Shown here: piece by piece, positions 26,759-37,513 of the stretch
How the letters are laid out: the number at the start of each line of letters is the position of its first letter
Position numbering within the stretch: the stretch's first letter is position 1
Source: Zancudomyces culisetae HAW-14-8
Lineage: Eukaryota; Fungi; Kickxellomycota
DNA length: 64,000 bases
Direction of reading: 5' to 3'
Assembly (NCBI GenBank): GCA_052426225.1
Contig: JBNJNM010000012.1
Coordinates: forward strand, 434,001 to 498,000
Position numbers and translations under genes: made by a program
The notes under the pieces: generated by a model
Told to the model about the DNA's origin: nothing
The model's input: only the letters and a program-made list of their open reading frames with translations
Databases searched by the model: none

Positions 26759-28708
26759 AGCCTCTTGCTTTTTGTTAACCAACAATTTATATTGTATAGT
26801 ACTCAGAATAAAAAATATATATATAGTAAAGAATGACAACTACTTGCAATTAAGGGGTTATCAACTTACTCCTTATATAGCCATGCTGAGAATAAATTAT
26901 ATATTGAACGGTACAGTTTTTAAACGTATTTTTTATCACCACTTATATGTTATCCATGATACATATGTGTTTTATTTGCGTCTAAGCTCTGATTACCAAA
27001 AGTAAATATATAGCGGTGTTTAGCGAATCGTTTGGGGAGGTGTTGTTGGAACTTGCTCAGAGTCGCGCTTTAATATTTCGGCTAATAGTTCATTTTATGA
27101 AATTGTTTAGTACATATATAAAAAATTGAGCAAAAGATGCATTTAAAAAACATGGAGTTCTAGGAAATGATCACGACTTGATAAACATTACAATGTTAAA
27201 CTATCCTAGAAGATTCATAGTATGAAACTCTTGTGTGTTTTTCGCGAGCTATAAAAAAATGTCAACTTTATAATATCTTGTATAAAATGTGTTTAAAATA
27301 CCAGGATACCACTATCTTTCAAACTGGGCTTTACACTCATCGATAGATAGTCTGTTCACTTCCACCCCAGGAAGCTGCATCTCTTTTTTTTTTCGCTTTT
27401 TACAAAGCACAAGTTGAACTCAGCAGCAGTGAGAAAACCATAATAAAGGGAGTTTAGTAACTATTAGAATACCCTAATTTATTATAAATGGTTACAGATA
27501 TATATGTACTATACCCCCCCCCCAACATTATAAGAGCGAGCTGACCTAGAACGTGATGTCCCAACTAGAGTTCAGCTACTAACATTTATCCAATAGAAAA
27601 AATTTTGGGCATAGAATGGGAAGAAGCTAAGAGCGAAGGGTAATAGTGGGGGAGAGACTCTAAAATTGGAAATGTATGGCATAATTGCCTTATTAGGTTT
27701 TATGCCCAGACACAAAAAAACAATCTGCTCTCGAGCCTTCTAAATAAAATTTAATAGTTATTCTAGCTAGTTTTATACCTTTTCCTAAACAGTGGCTAAT
27801 AAATAATTTGTTCCGAAACAGGGCTGTATTCAGCATAGCAAACTTTTTTTTCACCCGCGGATACTGATGCGGGTTACTCAGCTAATAGTTTGAATTGGTT
27901 GCTTATAATTGCACTCACCTTTTTTATGTAGCCTGATGTTGTTTTGTAAGCAATACCCTCGTAATTTTTGCATTTCATTCTTTATTTTGTGTGGGTAAAT
28001 TGTCTGTTTTTCCCTTTCTATCATATTAACAGCATCCTAGAATTTTCAGGTTTTGTTTTAGATTTCTCAGTGTGTATGTATTCCATTTTCACTTGCCTTT
28101 TATGCTACAATATCACACTCAAGCCATTAACAAACTGCGTTTTTATTTATTTCAAAGAGCACCTAGAATTCTAATGTGAGAATTAACTGACCTAATGGTG
28201 TAAGTGTTCATAGTATAAAACACAGGCAAAACAGGAAAAACAGGAAAAAAAAATACTATTCGTGTTTCTCATACCAAAATACTCGTTCTTTTTTTGGGTC
28301 TGTACTAAAGGAATATTTATACAAGTGTTAATATTGAGCTGTAAAGGGTAAAACTGAAAATCACCTTCTTAAAAAAATACATGTTTCTTCAATATCATTT
28401 CCAATATAGTATTAATGGGTGAATAAATCAAGTGTTTTAGCCGACTTAGCTTTGTTTTTTAAAAAAACGAACTTACTTTCCATACAGCGACATTGAAAGA
28501 TACAGAGAGCAACGGTGGTGCAGTGGAATATAAGGCAACCTGCACAAACAAGAAAAAAGATTTTCTTAGAGCTGGACATCTTGCTATTTCGTTTTTCTAA
28601 TGGATGGTTATTCCTTCATTGTAAAGTATTGTAGAATGAGAATATTGTAATAAGACGAAAACACAGAACGACAGCAATTAAATACACAAGAAATATATTT
28701 TTACCGAA

Positions 28709-29225
28709 ATGATATCATTGCTTCGCAAATTAAAGTGGAATAATGGATACCTCCATTGCTCGGTGTATCTTGTTGGTGTGATAGTTTCACTAGGACTATT
28801 CATATACGACTTTGTAACACTATTAGGAGCCGATGATGGTGATATCTATTCCAAAGGTTATATGGAACTCATTCTATCAATGATACTGTTTATATCGTTT
28901 TCCTTGCTTTTGTTAGTGAAAATACAGGTAATTATTTGCAAAGATGTCAGATTATTTATTTATTTATACACATCTTCAATGTTTAATATACTAATAATAC
29001 AAGCATACACTTAAATAGGATATACGAACACAATTTAAAAGAGTGTCTACACAAAATATGGATCAATACAGTATCAATGCAGAAAATGCTCTGGTCAACA
29101 TTGATGGGTATAGCCCAACACTTTCCCCGGCATATAGTGTAGAAACACTAAACTATGATGCGTACATAAATCCACCAAAATACCACGAAGCTATCACCTT
29201 TCCGCCACAGTATTTTGTGAGATAA
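28709..29225 (+). CDS. Small two-TM orphan membrane protein with cytosolic PPxY motifs, 2 exons
   Basis: Two hydrophobic helices, phase-0 intron 28928-29018 (GTAATT..ctaat..TAG); tail contains PPKY and PPQY. Confidence 0.65.
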
Positions 29226-29726
29226 AACACACATTGATAATCTGGGATGTACAGGCAAAGCAAGAATTCAACATATACTCTGTACCATGGGACTGAAAAG
29301 GCATTTACACATGCTTCTAAATACTAACATATCCAGATCAAGCCCGCACCGTGAATTCTCAACTACTCAGAGCTCTAGCAAATGTTGTTGAATCTATACT
29401 GGCCCTCCACAAGATTACAAATAAGCTCAATAGCTTAGATATTTTTAGAGTGGATGGATCCTTTTTGAAATAAGCAAGATTTAAGCCCAAGCTCTAAACC
29501 ATAAACACACAAGATACATAGACTTGCTGAACCAAGAAATATAAAAGTACCCCCCACAGAGGATACTGTATAATCAAAATAGTTATTTATTTATCAATAC
29601 CTCTCGCCAAAGGTAATAGTATGGTAAAAATGCACAGGCAAAAGTTTTAGCAGCATTTTTGTAGAATATACTTAACGAATAAAACAGAAAAAAATCAAAA
29701 AAGAAACATTATCACAAATTAAAAGC

Positions 29727-30473
29727 TTATTTTGCGTGTTTGAAAGGAACGGTAGTTGGTGGAAGCACTTCAGGCTGTTTTGTTCGCTCATTCAAAACTA
29801 TAAATTTTGATCTAACTGGTAATTTATACTTACACAGCCGGAAGGCTTCTTTCGCCACCTCCACGCCGATGCTGTCGTTCTCACCACCACTTAGTTCAAT
29901 AAGAATCTTGTTCTTAGGCACTCTACATGCGTAGTAGTCAAAGTTGCCTTTACCTTTACCCATTCTTGCTTCACTGCCCTTGGAAGAAACAGGGATATCT
30001 GGGAAAACGCGAAGAAAAATCTTTGCACCTTTAAAAGATTTGGTGGCTTTACGAAGTGTGGCATAAATACTAACTAGCAGTTTTGCGTGAATTCTACATC
30101 CTTCCAATATACGCAAGCCGTATTTTCCAAATGCCAAATAATTTCCTTTTGTACTTCCTCCTACACGAACTGGGACCCTTCCCTTTTGTGCCTTTTTGTG
30201 CTTTCGAAATCTGGGTTGCAGGGTATTGAATGCTCTAGTAGATTGGCGCTGATATGTGTTATTTTTTGTTGTTTTTAATGAAAAAAGGCTGGATACCACA
30301 CCTTTTGAATGTGTGTGTATTGATTTTTGAAGAATTGAGGTGGATTGGATTTTAGATTGCACAATCGAACTGAGATTTATACTGTTTTTAGATGCAGTCG
30401 ATTTTAGCAGTTGTACGTTTGTATTTAGTCCACTGCGGACAACCTTTGCCGCTCCCCAGATCCTCCCGAACAT
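29727..30473 (-). CDS. MRPL16: Mitochondrial ribosomal protein uL16m
   Basis: Long S/T/K/R presequence, then PRFRKHKKAQKGRV, FGKYGL, RVFPDIPVSSKGSEARMGKGKG. Confidence 0.93.
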   Translation of the reverse strand: MFGRIWGAAKVVRSGLNTNVQLLKSTASKNSINLSSIVQSKIQSTSILQKSIHTHSKGVVSSLFSLKTTKNNTYQRQSTRAFNTLQPRFRKHKKAQKGRVPVRVGGSTKGNYLAFGKYGLRILEGCRIHAKLLVSIYATLRKATKSFKGAKIFLRVFPDIPVSSKGSEARMGKGKGNFDYYACRVPKNKILIELSGGENDSIGVEVAKEAFRLCKYKLPVRSKFIVLNERTKQPEVLPPTTVPFKHAK

Positions 30474-31368
30474 TTTTTTCGTATTTTCTATATACTACTA
30501 TTGTGAATCTATTAAAGAGTATTGAAATCTAATCGAGTAAATAAAAAATAAACTAGAAAACAAATTGATTGATTTTGCACAAATATTTTTCTTTATCAAC
30601 TGCAAACATCAGAAAAGCAATAATTGTTCCAACAGCTGGAGTTGATTAATCTTTTTTTTCGACTACTCAGACAAAGTTTCTTTCATATTTTTTAAATTAT
30701 GAATGTCCCAGCATTTTCAGGTTAAATAAAAAAATAGTGTAAATACTGGGCCAGGTTGGATCAAAAAAATTTTTTTTGCTGAAAAAATGAGCATAAATAG
30801 CGTGAAGAAATATCAAAAAGTATCCAGGCAAAAATAACAATAATAGGATGCCCAAACCTTTGAGGAATCGCCACCAGAGAGTGAGTCGATCCAAAAAAAA
30901 AAGTCGAGGTATTGAGAGTGAGGGGGGGAGATTAGAGCCTGAGCAATAATCTAGTGAGTGTTCCAAATGGTACTGTTTCTTTTAATAAAGATGTAGTCGG
31001 AGATAAGAATCCTTTAGTAATGGCGTGTAGATATGTACAGTTACATCAGGTATACCAACTCAAAATATTTTCCTAGTGGTTTATAAAGGCAATGTTTGAA
31101 CAGAGAGGTATTATTTTTTCATTGGATTTTTTTCTCAGGTATTTTCGCGAAAACAGCGCAATTATTCAAAAAAATATTTTTTTTTGTTGCGAATTGCTTG
31201 AAAAAAAATAAGCAAGTGGAAATAAAAATAATGAAATTAGTGTATTTCTAGAGAATAACAACCTGTGGAGGAATAGAATAAAAACAGAAGAGGGATAAAA
31301 AGTGGATTATAAAGACCTGTTTAAAATCGGAACACCTACCTAATAGCAATACAGAAAATAAGGCGAAG

Positions 31369-34300
31369 ATGAATTCGCGGAGCCCAATAAATGCGGGGTC
31401 TGAAAGTGATGACTCGGATAGGGGTACAAGTGAGAAAAGGTCAGGTAAAAAAGAAATGAAAGATGATGCGAGTATTAGTAGAGAACCAGGTGAGGATAGA
31501 CGAATGAAGGGAGAACGAAATGAGAGAACAAGGGAACGTAGTAGAGATGAAGAAAGAAGCGAGAAAAAGGCTTTACGAGATGAAGATCGCAGCAAGTATA
31601 GAAAACAAGACAGGAGTAGAGATAGGCGCAGAGGGAAAAGCAGAGATAGAGACAGGGGTAGAGACAGAGATAGAGACAGGGATAGGAGCAGGGACAGAGA
31701 ATACACCCGACGAAAAAGCACTGAACGAAGGTATGGGCGCGATGAAAGTGACAAACGACACAAGTACAGCGCACCAGAAAGAGTACAAGGAAATGGAGAG
31801 CTCCAAAATAGAAATGTCGAAACTAAAAGAGTAGTTAGCACAGTTGGGAATTATATTCCACCTGCAAAGCTTAGAGAGTTGCAAGCACAGCAAGAGAAGG
31901 ATCAAACGGAAGGTGACAAGGAAATGAGCGTTAAAAGACAGAAAGAAGAGTGGGAGAAACTGAAAAAGAAAGTTCAAGGCCTAATAAATAAAGTAAACAA
32001 GACGAATATCCGAGATGTTGTTGGTGAGTTGTTCGGCTTAAATCTGATTAGGGGTAGAGGTCTATTTTGCAGAATAATTATCAGGGCACAGTCCTTGTCA
32101 CCCACATATACGCCAGTATATGCATCCCTTGTGGCTATAATAAACACCAGACTACCAACAGTGGGTGATCTACTGGTGTCAAGATTGGTGGTACAATTCA
32201 GAAAGGCATTTCAACGAGATGACAAAGCGCGGTGTTTGGCAGCGACACAGTTTTTGGCACATTTAACAAACCAAAGAGTAGTGCATGAGATATTGGCATT
32301 CCAAATTCTAGAATTGCTGCTAGTTAGGCCAACAGATGATAGTGTAGAAATAGCTATTGGATTTCTAAAGGAAGTGGGTGCGTTTTTAAACGAACTTGCA
32401 CCAAAAGTACTTGGGGCGGTAATGGAAACATTCCGCTCGATTTTACACGAGGCAGAAATAGATAAACGGGTGCAGTACATGATCGAGGTTCTGTTTCAGA
32501 TACGACGAGACGGCTTTAAAGACAACGTGTCAGTTCCAGAGGGGCTTGATTTGGTAGAGGAGCAGGATCAGATAGTTCACGAGGTGAGTTTGGATGATGA
32601 GGAAATCGACGTTCAAAATGAACTCGATGTCTTTAAATTTGACGAGGAGTATATGGTCAACGAAGAAAAGTATAACTCCATTAAGAGAGAGATTCTTGGA
32701 GAGAGTGATGAAAGTGATCAGGAGGGTGAGGAGGGGGCAGAAGGTAGCAGTGAAGAGGAAGAAAACAGCGATGATGAGGAAGAAGGGGAGGGTGAGGCAG
32801 GAAAGGGTAAGGAGGAGGAAAATGTTATCAAAGACCTTACAGAAACCGAACTTCTCAACCTTCGAAGAACAGTATACTTGACTTTAATGTCGAGTTTGGG
32901 ATTTGAGGAGGCAACCCACAAGCTTTTGAAATTACAAATACCTGACAACGACCTCGGTGAACTGTGCAAAATGGTTATTGAATGTTGTTCTCAAGAAAGA
33001 GCATACAAATCCTTCTATGGGTTGACAGGTGAAAGACTGTGTAAAGTTAATAGGAAAATAAGAGATGCCTTCTGCCGTTCATTTGTACAATGTTATGTAA
33101 ATATTCACCAGTACGAAACCAACCATCTACGCCATATTGCGAGATTTTTCGGACATTTGTTGTCACGTGATGCCGTTCCATTCAACATCCTGACCTGTGT
33201 TGAATTAACAGAAGAGGCCACAACACCATCATCAAGAATTTTTGTAAAGATTCTTTTGCAGGATTTAGCTGAAAATATGGGCCTTGAAAATTTGTACTTG
33301 CGGTTACATGATCCTGAGGTGTTTGATTTGGTATCTTCAGGGATGTTTCCCAAGGATAGTCTTAAAAACTGTAGATTTGCTATCAATTACTATACAAGTA
33401 TTGGCTTGGGTGCCTTAACTGAAAATTTAAGAGAGTGGCTAAGCGAGAATGCCACAAAAAAAACATCTGATTCTGATTCTAGTAGCGATTCTGACTCTAG
33501 TTCTAGTGATGGATCTACGTCAGAATCCAGCTCTGCATCCGAATCTGAGTCAGATTCTGAATCCGAGTCCGAGTCTGAGTCCGAGTCTGACTCTGATTCA
33601 GATTCTAAATATAAAAGTAAAACACGATCTAAACTTGGGCGCTCGTCTATTAAAGACAGAGAATCAACTTCAAAATCAAAACCAGAACAAAAACCAAAAC
33701 CAAAACCAAAACGAAGGCATAGCTATTCTTCTGATGAAAGAACTCGATCTAGATCTCCTTCCTCTCGATATAAAAAATATCAAGCACGATCACCCTCTTC
33801 ATCATCTTCATCAAGATCCTCACCACACCCACGTTATCAGCCCAAGAAAAACGACAAATCCACTCGTGACCGTAGCAACCCTCGCAGAAGCACCTCTTCA
33901 GGTAGACGAGGCTCGTCAGCTGGAAGGGGATCTCGACCGCACAGAACCATCGCATCTCGACCAATTTCCACGATCTCAGCATCCACTCTTTTCCCTCAGT
34001 CATCACCAGCACCTACTCGGCAAACCTTAGTTGCTGCAGATGAAAAATCTGGTCCATCTGTTGAGAAGCTGCATGTAAATGTTCGATCGCCCAGCCATTC
34101 GGCTGATTCTCGAGATGACAATGAAAAATCCCCAGAACGAAAGGCTCGCCACCACAGCCCTTCTAGACCTAGCAATCACAAGGCCAAGCATTCAACCAAT
34201 TCTGCCGATTCCCGCTCGCGTTCACATTCACGTTCTGGCCTGAAGTCTTCCAGAAATACGAGATATCGTGATACGTCACCATACTCATCTACCCGCAGAA

Positions 34301-34533
34301 CTTCCTACAAACGCCATCAAGACAACCGTCGCGATCGCAGTTATGCTCGTAAACGAAGAAACAGCCCTAGTCGCAGTAACAGTCGCAGTAATAGCCGCGA
34401 CTACGATCGTCGTCGTAGCAACTATAGCCGTAGTCGCAGCCGTAGCCGCGGCCGCTACAGAGATGACTATTCACATAAACGTCGGAAGCAAAGCACGGAT
34501 AGTCAAAGAGATAGTATTAAAAGGCGTAGATAA
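31369..34533 (+). CDS. CWC22: Pre-mRNA splicing factor CWC22
   Basis: YIPPAKLR; MIF4G domain (WEKLKKKVQGLINKVN..NLIRGRGL); MA3 domain (LRRTVYLTLMSSLGFEEATHKLLK..RFAINYYTSIGLGALT); RD/RS-rich termini. Confidence 0.95.
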   Translation: MNSRSPINAGSESDDSDRGTSEKRSGKKEMKDDASISREPGEDRRMKGERNERTRERSRDEERSEKKALRDEDRSKYRKQDRSRDRRRGKSRDRDRGRDRDRDRDRSRDREYTRRKSTERRYGRDESDKRHKYSAPERVQGNGELQNRNVETKRVVSTVGNYIPPAKLRELQAQQEKDQTEGDKEMSVKRQKEEWEKLKKKVQGLINKVNKTNIRDVVGELFGLNLIRGRGLFCRIIIRAQSLSPTYTPVYASLVAIINTRLPTVGDLLVSRLVVQFRKAFQRDDKARCLAATQFLAHLTNQRVVHEILAFQILELLLVRPTDDSVEIAIGFLKEVGAFLNELAPKVLGAVMETFRSILHEAEIDKRVQYMIEVLFQIRRDGFKDNVSVPEGLDLVEEQDQIVHEVSLDDEEIDVQNELDVFKFDEEYMVNEEKYNSIKREILGESDESDQEGEEGAEGSSEEEENSDDEEEGEGEAGKGKEEENVIKDLTETELLNLRRTVYLTLMSSLGFEEATHKLLKLQIPDNDLGELCKMVIECCSQERAYKSFYGLTGERLCKVNRKIRDAFCRSFVQCYVNIHQYETNHLRHIARFFGHLLSRDAVPFNILTCVELTEEATTPSSRIFVKILLQDLAENMGLENLYLRLHDPEVFDLVSSGMFPKDSLKNCRFAINYYTSIGLGALTENLREWLSENATKKTSDSDSSSDSDSSSSDGSTSESSSASESESDSESESESESESDSDSDSKYKSKTRSKLGRSSIKDRESTSKSKPEQKPKPKPKRRHSYSSDERTRSRSPSSRYKKYQARSPSSSSSSRSSPHPRYQPKKNDKSTRDRSNPRRSTSSGRRGSSAGRGSRPHRTIASRPISTISASTLFPQSSPAPTRQTLVAADEKSGPSVEKLHVNVRSPSHSADSRDDNEKSPERKARHHSPSRPSNHKAKHSTNSADSRSRSHSRSGLKSSRNTRYRDTSPYSSTRRTSYKRHQDNRRDRSYARKRRNSPSRSNSRSNSRDYDRRRSNYSRSRSRSRGRYRDDYSHKRRKQSTDSQRDSIKRRR
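33465..33607 (+). repeat. Coding (Ser-Asp/Ser-Glu)n repeat in CWC22
   Basis: tctgattctgattct / gagtccgagtct iterations encode SDSDSSSDS..SESESESESDSDSDS. Confidence 0.85.
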
Positions 34534-34954
34534 TAGTTATTTACTTTTTTTTTTGCCGCTGAAAACTGCATTTGCTTTTAGTATAGCTTGGGTAATGTGA
34601 ATTAAAATGTCTTAAGGGCTTTATGGTGTATGATTGTATGTTAAAAATACTAGGAATCGATCCAAGCTCATCACTCTTTCTTATTATGAGCGCTGTTTAT
34701 TACAATGCTTAAATCCATATCTTAAATACTACTCACAATTAAATATCAAAAAAGACCATTTTGAGGATAAACAGAAAAATGGAAAACCAAGCTAAGCAAA
34801 TAAAATATAATAAGTATTCTTTCAAGCATAGCAACATTCATTGGAACGCAGATACTTCCCTGTTCCATTTCTCAAAGAGCTGAAAATTTCGTATATAAAG
34901 AAAAAGGTAGCCCGCAAATGACTTGGGGATTGACAAACGCATGGATTTAGTAAC

Positions 34955-35992
34955 CTATACAGGGCATGTGTTAGCAACAACTGAGTGGGTCCAATTTAAT
35001 GCTTTAAGTACACCTATATAATGATACCCAACAGCGACCAGGACAAAACAATGAAAAATCGAATGCGAATGCATCCATATATCAAATTTTCCTGGAAACC
35101 AGCGCTCGGGAATTCGAGATCCATATATTGCTGCACCAGAAATATAAAAGAATGCCATTTTTAGTAAACACTCCAGCTGCAAGGACTGAATCGAGTGGGT
35201 ATACCCAAATTCCCACAACGAGTGAACTGTAGGCACTACTCCAAATACTCCCATTGCGACATATGTAGTGGCACGAAAGACCCGCCATTCTGGAAGTGCA
35301 AACTTTGGGCTAATCGAACAATATCCCACAATAATACCCAGTACTGATATTATGCCTATGTATATAATTTTGTAAATCTCGTGACAGTAGAACGCATAAA
35401 AAGATACAGGCACAAATGACCCAGTAATGAGTAACGTTATCCCAATGTAGTCGCATTTGTTTAATGCCTTGGAAACTCCATGAGAATGGCATGAGAACAG
35501 GTGGTAAGTAGAGGATAGTAGCAAACAACCGGCTGCACCCACCAAAAATATGTATGTTACCACTACATCGCTCCAAGTTACGGTTTCTAGCTTTGGGAAA
35601 CCCCAAATAGCTGTAGTAAACATCAGCACAATAAAGCCTAAAAAGCCCAAAAAATGCGTCCATACATTCACAAACTCATTGTGTAGATACAACAATGATG
35701 CAATACACTTCTTATATGACCCTGTTGGGGCTCTGTATCCTGATAGAATATAGATGTTATCCTTCATCCAAGCCGGGAGCTGGTCCCATTTTATCACGCG
35801 TTCAGCATACTTGTGCTCGATTATCGCCTCATGTTCCTTTTTAGCCTTTCTTTCGAATTTGTTATAACTCCTCCGCTTTCTCACAGCGTTTTTTCCGTTA
35901 GAATTTAAATTTCCGTGCTTATCCCCTCTGAAGCCCTTGTGTTGCTCAGAATTTGTTCGGACTTCCCGGTCAGTCGATGTTTTGTTTGCCAT
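34955..35992 (-). CDS. PAQR / adiponectin-receptor-like (IZH, HlyIII family) 7-TM protein
   Basis: LPAWMKDNIYILSGYR, HNEFVNVWTH, SSTYHLFSCHS, DYIGI, RIPERWFPGKFDIWMHSHSIFH. Confidence 0.93.
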   Translation of the reverse strand: MANKTSTDREVRTNSEQHKGFRGDKHGNLNSNGKNAVRKRRSYNKFERKAKKEHEAIIEHKYAERVIKWDQLPAWMKDNIYILSGYRAPTGSYKKCIASLLYLHNEFVNVWTHFLGFLGFIVLMFTTAIWGFPKLETVTWSDVVVTYIFLVGAAGCLLLSSTYHLFSCHSHGVSKALNKCDYIGITLLITGSFVPVSFYAFYCHEIYKIIYIGIISVLGIIVGYCSISPKFALPEWRVFRATTYVAMGVFGVVPTVHSLWEFGYTHSIQSLQLECLLKMAFFYISGAAIYGSRIPERWFPGKFDIWMHSHSIFHCFVLVAVGYHYIGVLKALNWTHSVVANTCPV

Positions 35993-37513
35993 TTATTTTT
36001 ATTTTTATTGTTTTACTTTTATTACTCTTATTATTGTTTTGTAGTTTGTAGCTAAATAGGGGCTAGTATATTGAATTTAATTACGCATTCAAATGAAATG
36101 AGTTTTCAAATTATTAAACCCACTTATGGACTACAATATGGAGAATCTAAGAAATCTGCTAATTGAGCAAATTACGGCTAAGCTAATTGAAATTGTTTAA
36201 TACCCACAAAGTACAGTGCAAGGATTAAAGGGATTATCTAGGTCATTTTTATCACATTCCCGTTATATTGCTCAAAAAAATAAAATAAACAGCCGAGCTC
36301 ACCAAATCGACATGTAACTGGTCCAATAAATTACTTGTAAAATATTCAGTGTCTTTTCTCCTTGTTTATTTGCTATTTTCCAGTAATCCAATATTGGGCC
36401 ACGTGCCTGTGAGATCAAAGTATGTTCTTTGCATTATCACTTACACATATATGACAAACAAGACTCCAGCAGAGAAAATCAAGTGTCAAACACCAAATCA
36501 TCAAACGAAGTTTCTACAAGGAGGAACTACTTTCTCTGAAGTAATTGCTCTCATAGTCCTCAACCACCAAACACATACATTCCAGCTGCTAATGACGATT
36601 GTACCATCGTATCTAGATTGTATAATCCATAAAAACCTTTTATCCCTTACTTCTTATCTGTAGTTATAATAATATAATGATGGTATGCCTATAGATTTTG
36701 TCTTTATACACCATACGTTATACCCAATTATCAACTTGATGAACACGACTATAGGGAAGCAACTGTAGTTTCCATCACACCTTTCTTCCTTTATCTATTT
36801 CCTACCTCTGCTAATCTTGGAGTTAAAAAGTTGTGTATTTTCTCACATACTCATACAGGATAAAGAGACAAGAGAAACCTAAACTCTATATAAAATATTT
36901 TTTGCGAACCTAAAAGTAGCATCACAACTAATTACTGTTGAAGATGCTATGAAAAATATTGGATAAAGAAAATATGATCCGGTATCATAACCAAACCTTC
37001 ACAAGCAAAATATCTTAGTACACTTATCATATCAATGTTTCTATTGCAGTGTAAAAGCAGCAATCGTCATTTATTCCTACTACCGAGGAGTGTAAACTCG
37101 ATTTATTGGTTATGTGCAAATAGAAAATAACCTTGATCTGTGGTTCGCATACAGTTATCCATCGGTATTGGTAGTGTAGCATACTGTGAAACATCAATAT
37201 ATTGGGCTAGTATGTGTTATTATGTACCAATATTCACACCTGCCTAGCCCTCCTCCCCTAAGAACACGGCTTGTATAAACCCTGTGCAATTTAAGTCATC
37301 GATTAATTATTACTGATGCTACTAGCGACCAGCCAATTTGTATGTGTAATTGTAAATAAACCCCGCCAATAAAAATAGCTCTTCAACAATTTTTTTTGTT
37401 TATTTAAAGAAATTCAGTATTTTTAATCTGCAGATTTACTTTGCACACTTTTGTTGTTATAGAGTATTAATAAAGAATCAGTCCAGCACACACATTTGGT
37501 CTATGGGATAAAA

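Noticed and set aside
31248-34600. Long antisense and alternate-frame ORFs over CWC22 (likewise over ARP5, PMC1, IleRS and the 1200-aa ORF)
   Set aside because: Explained as shadows of low-complexity or codon-biased coding sequence; no independent protein features.
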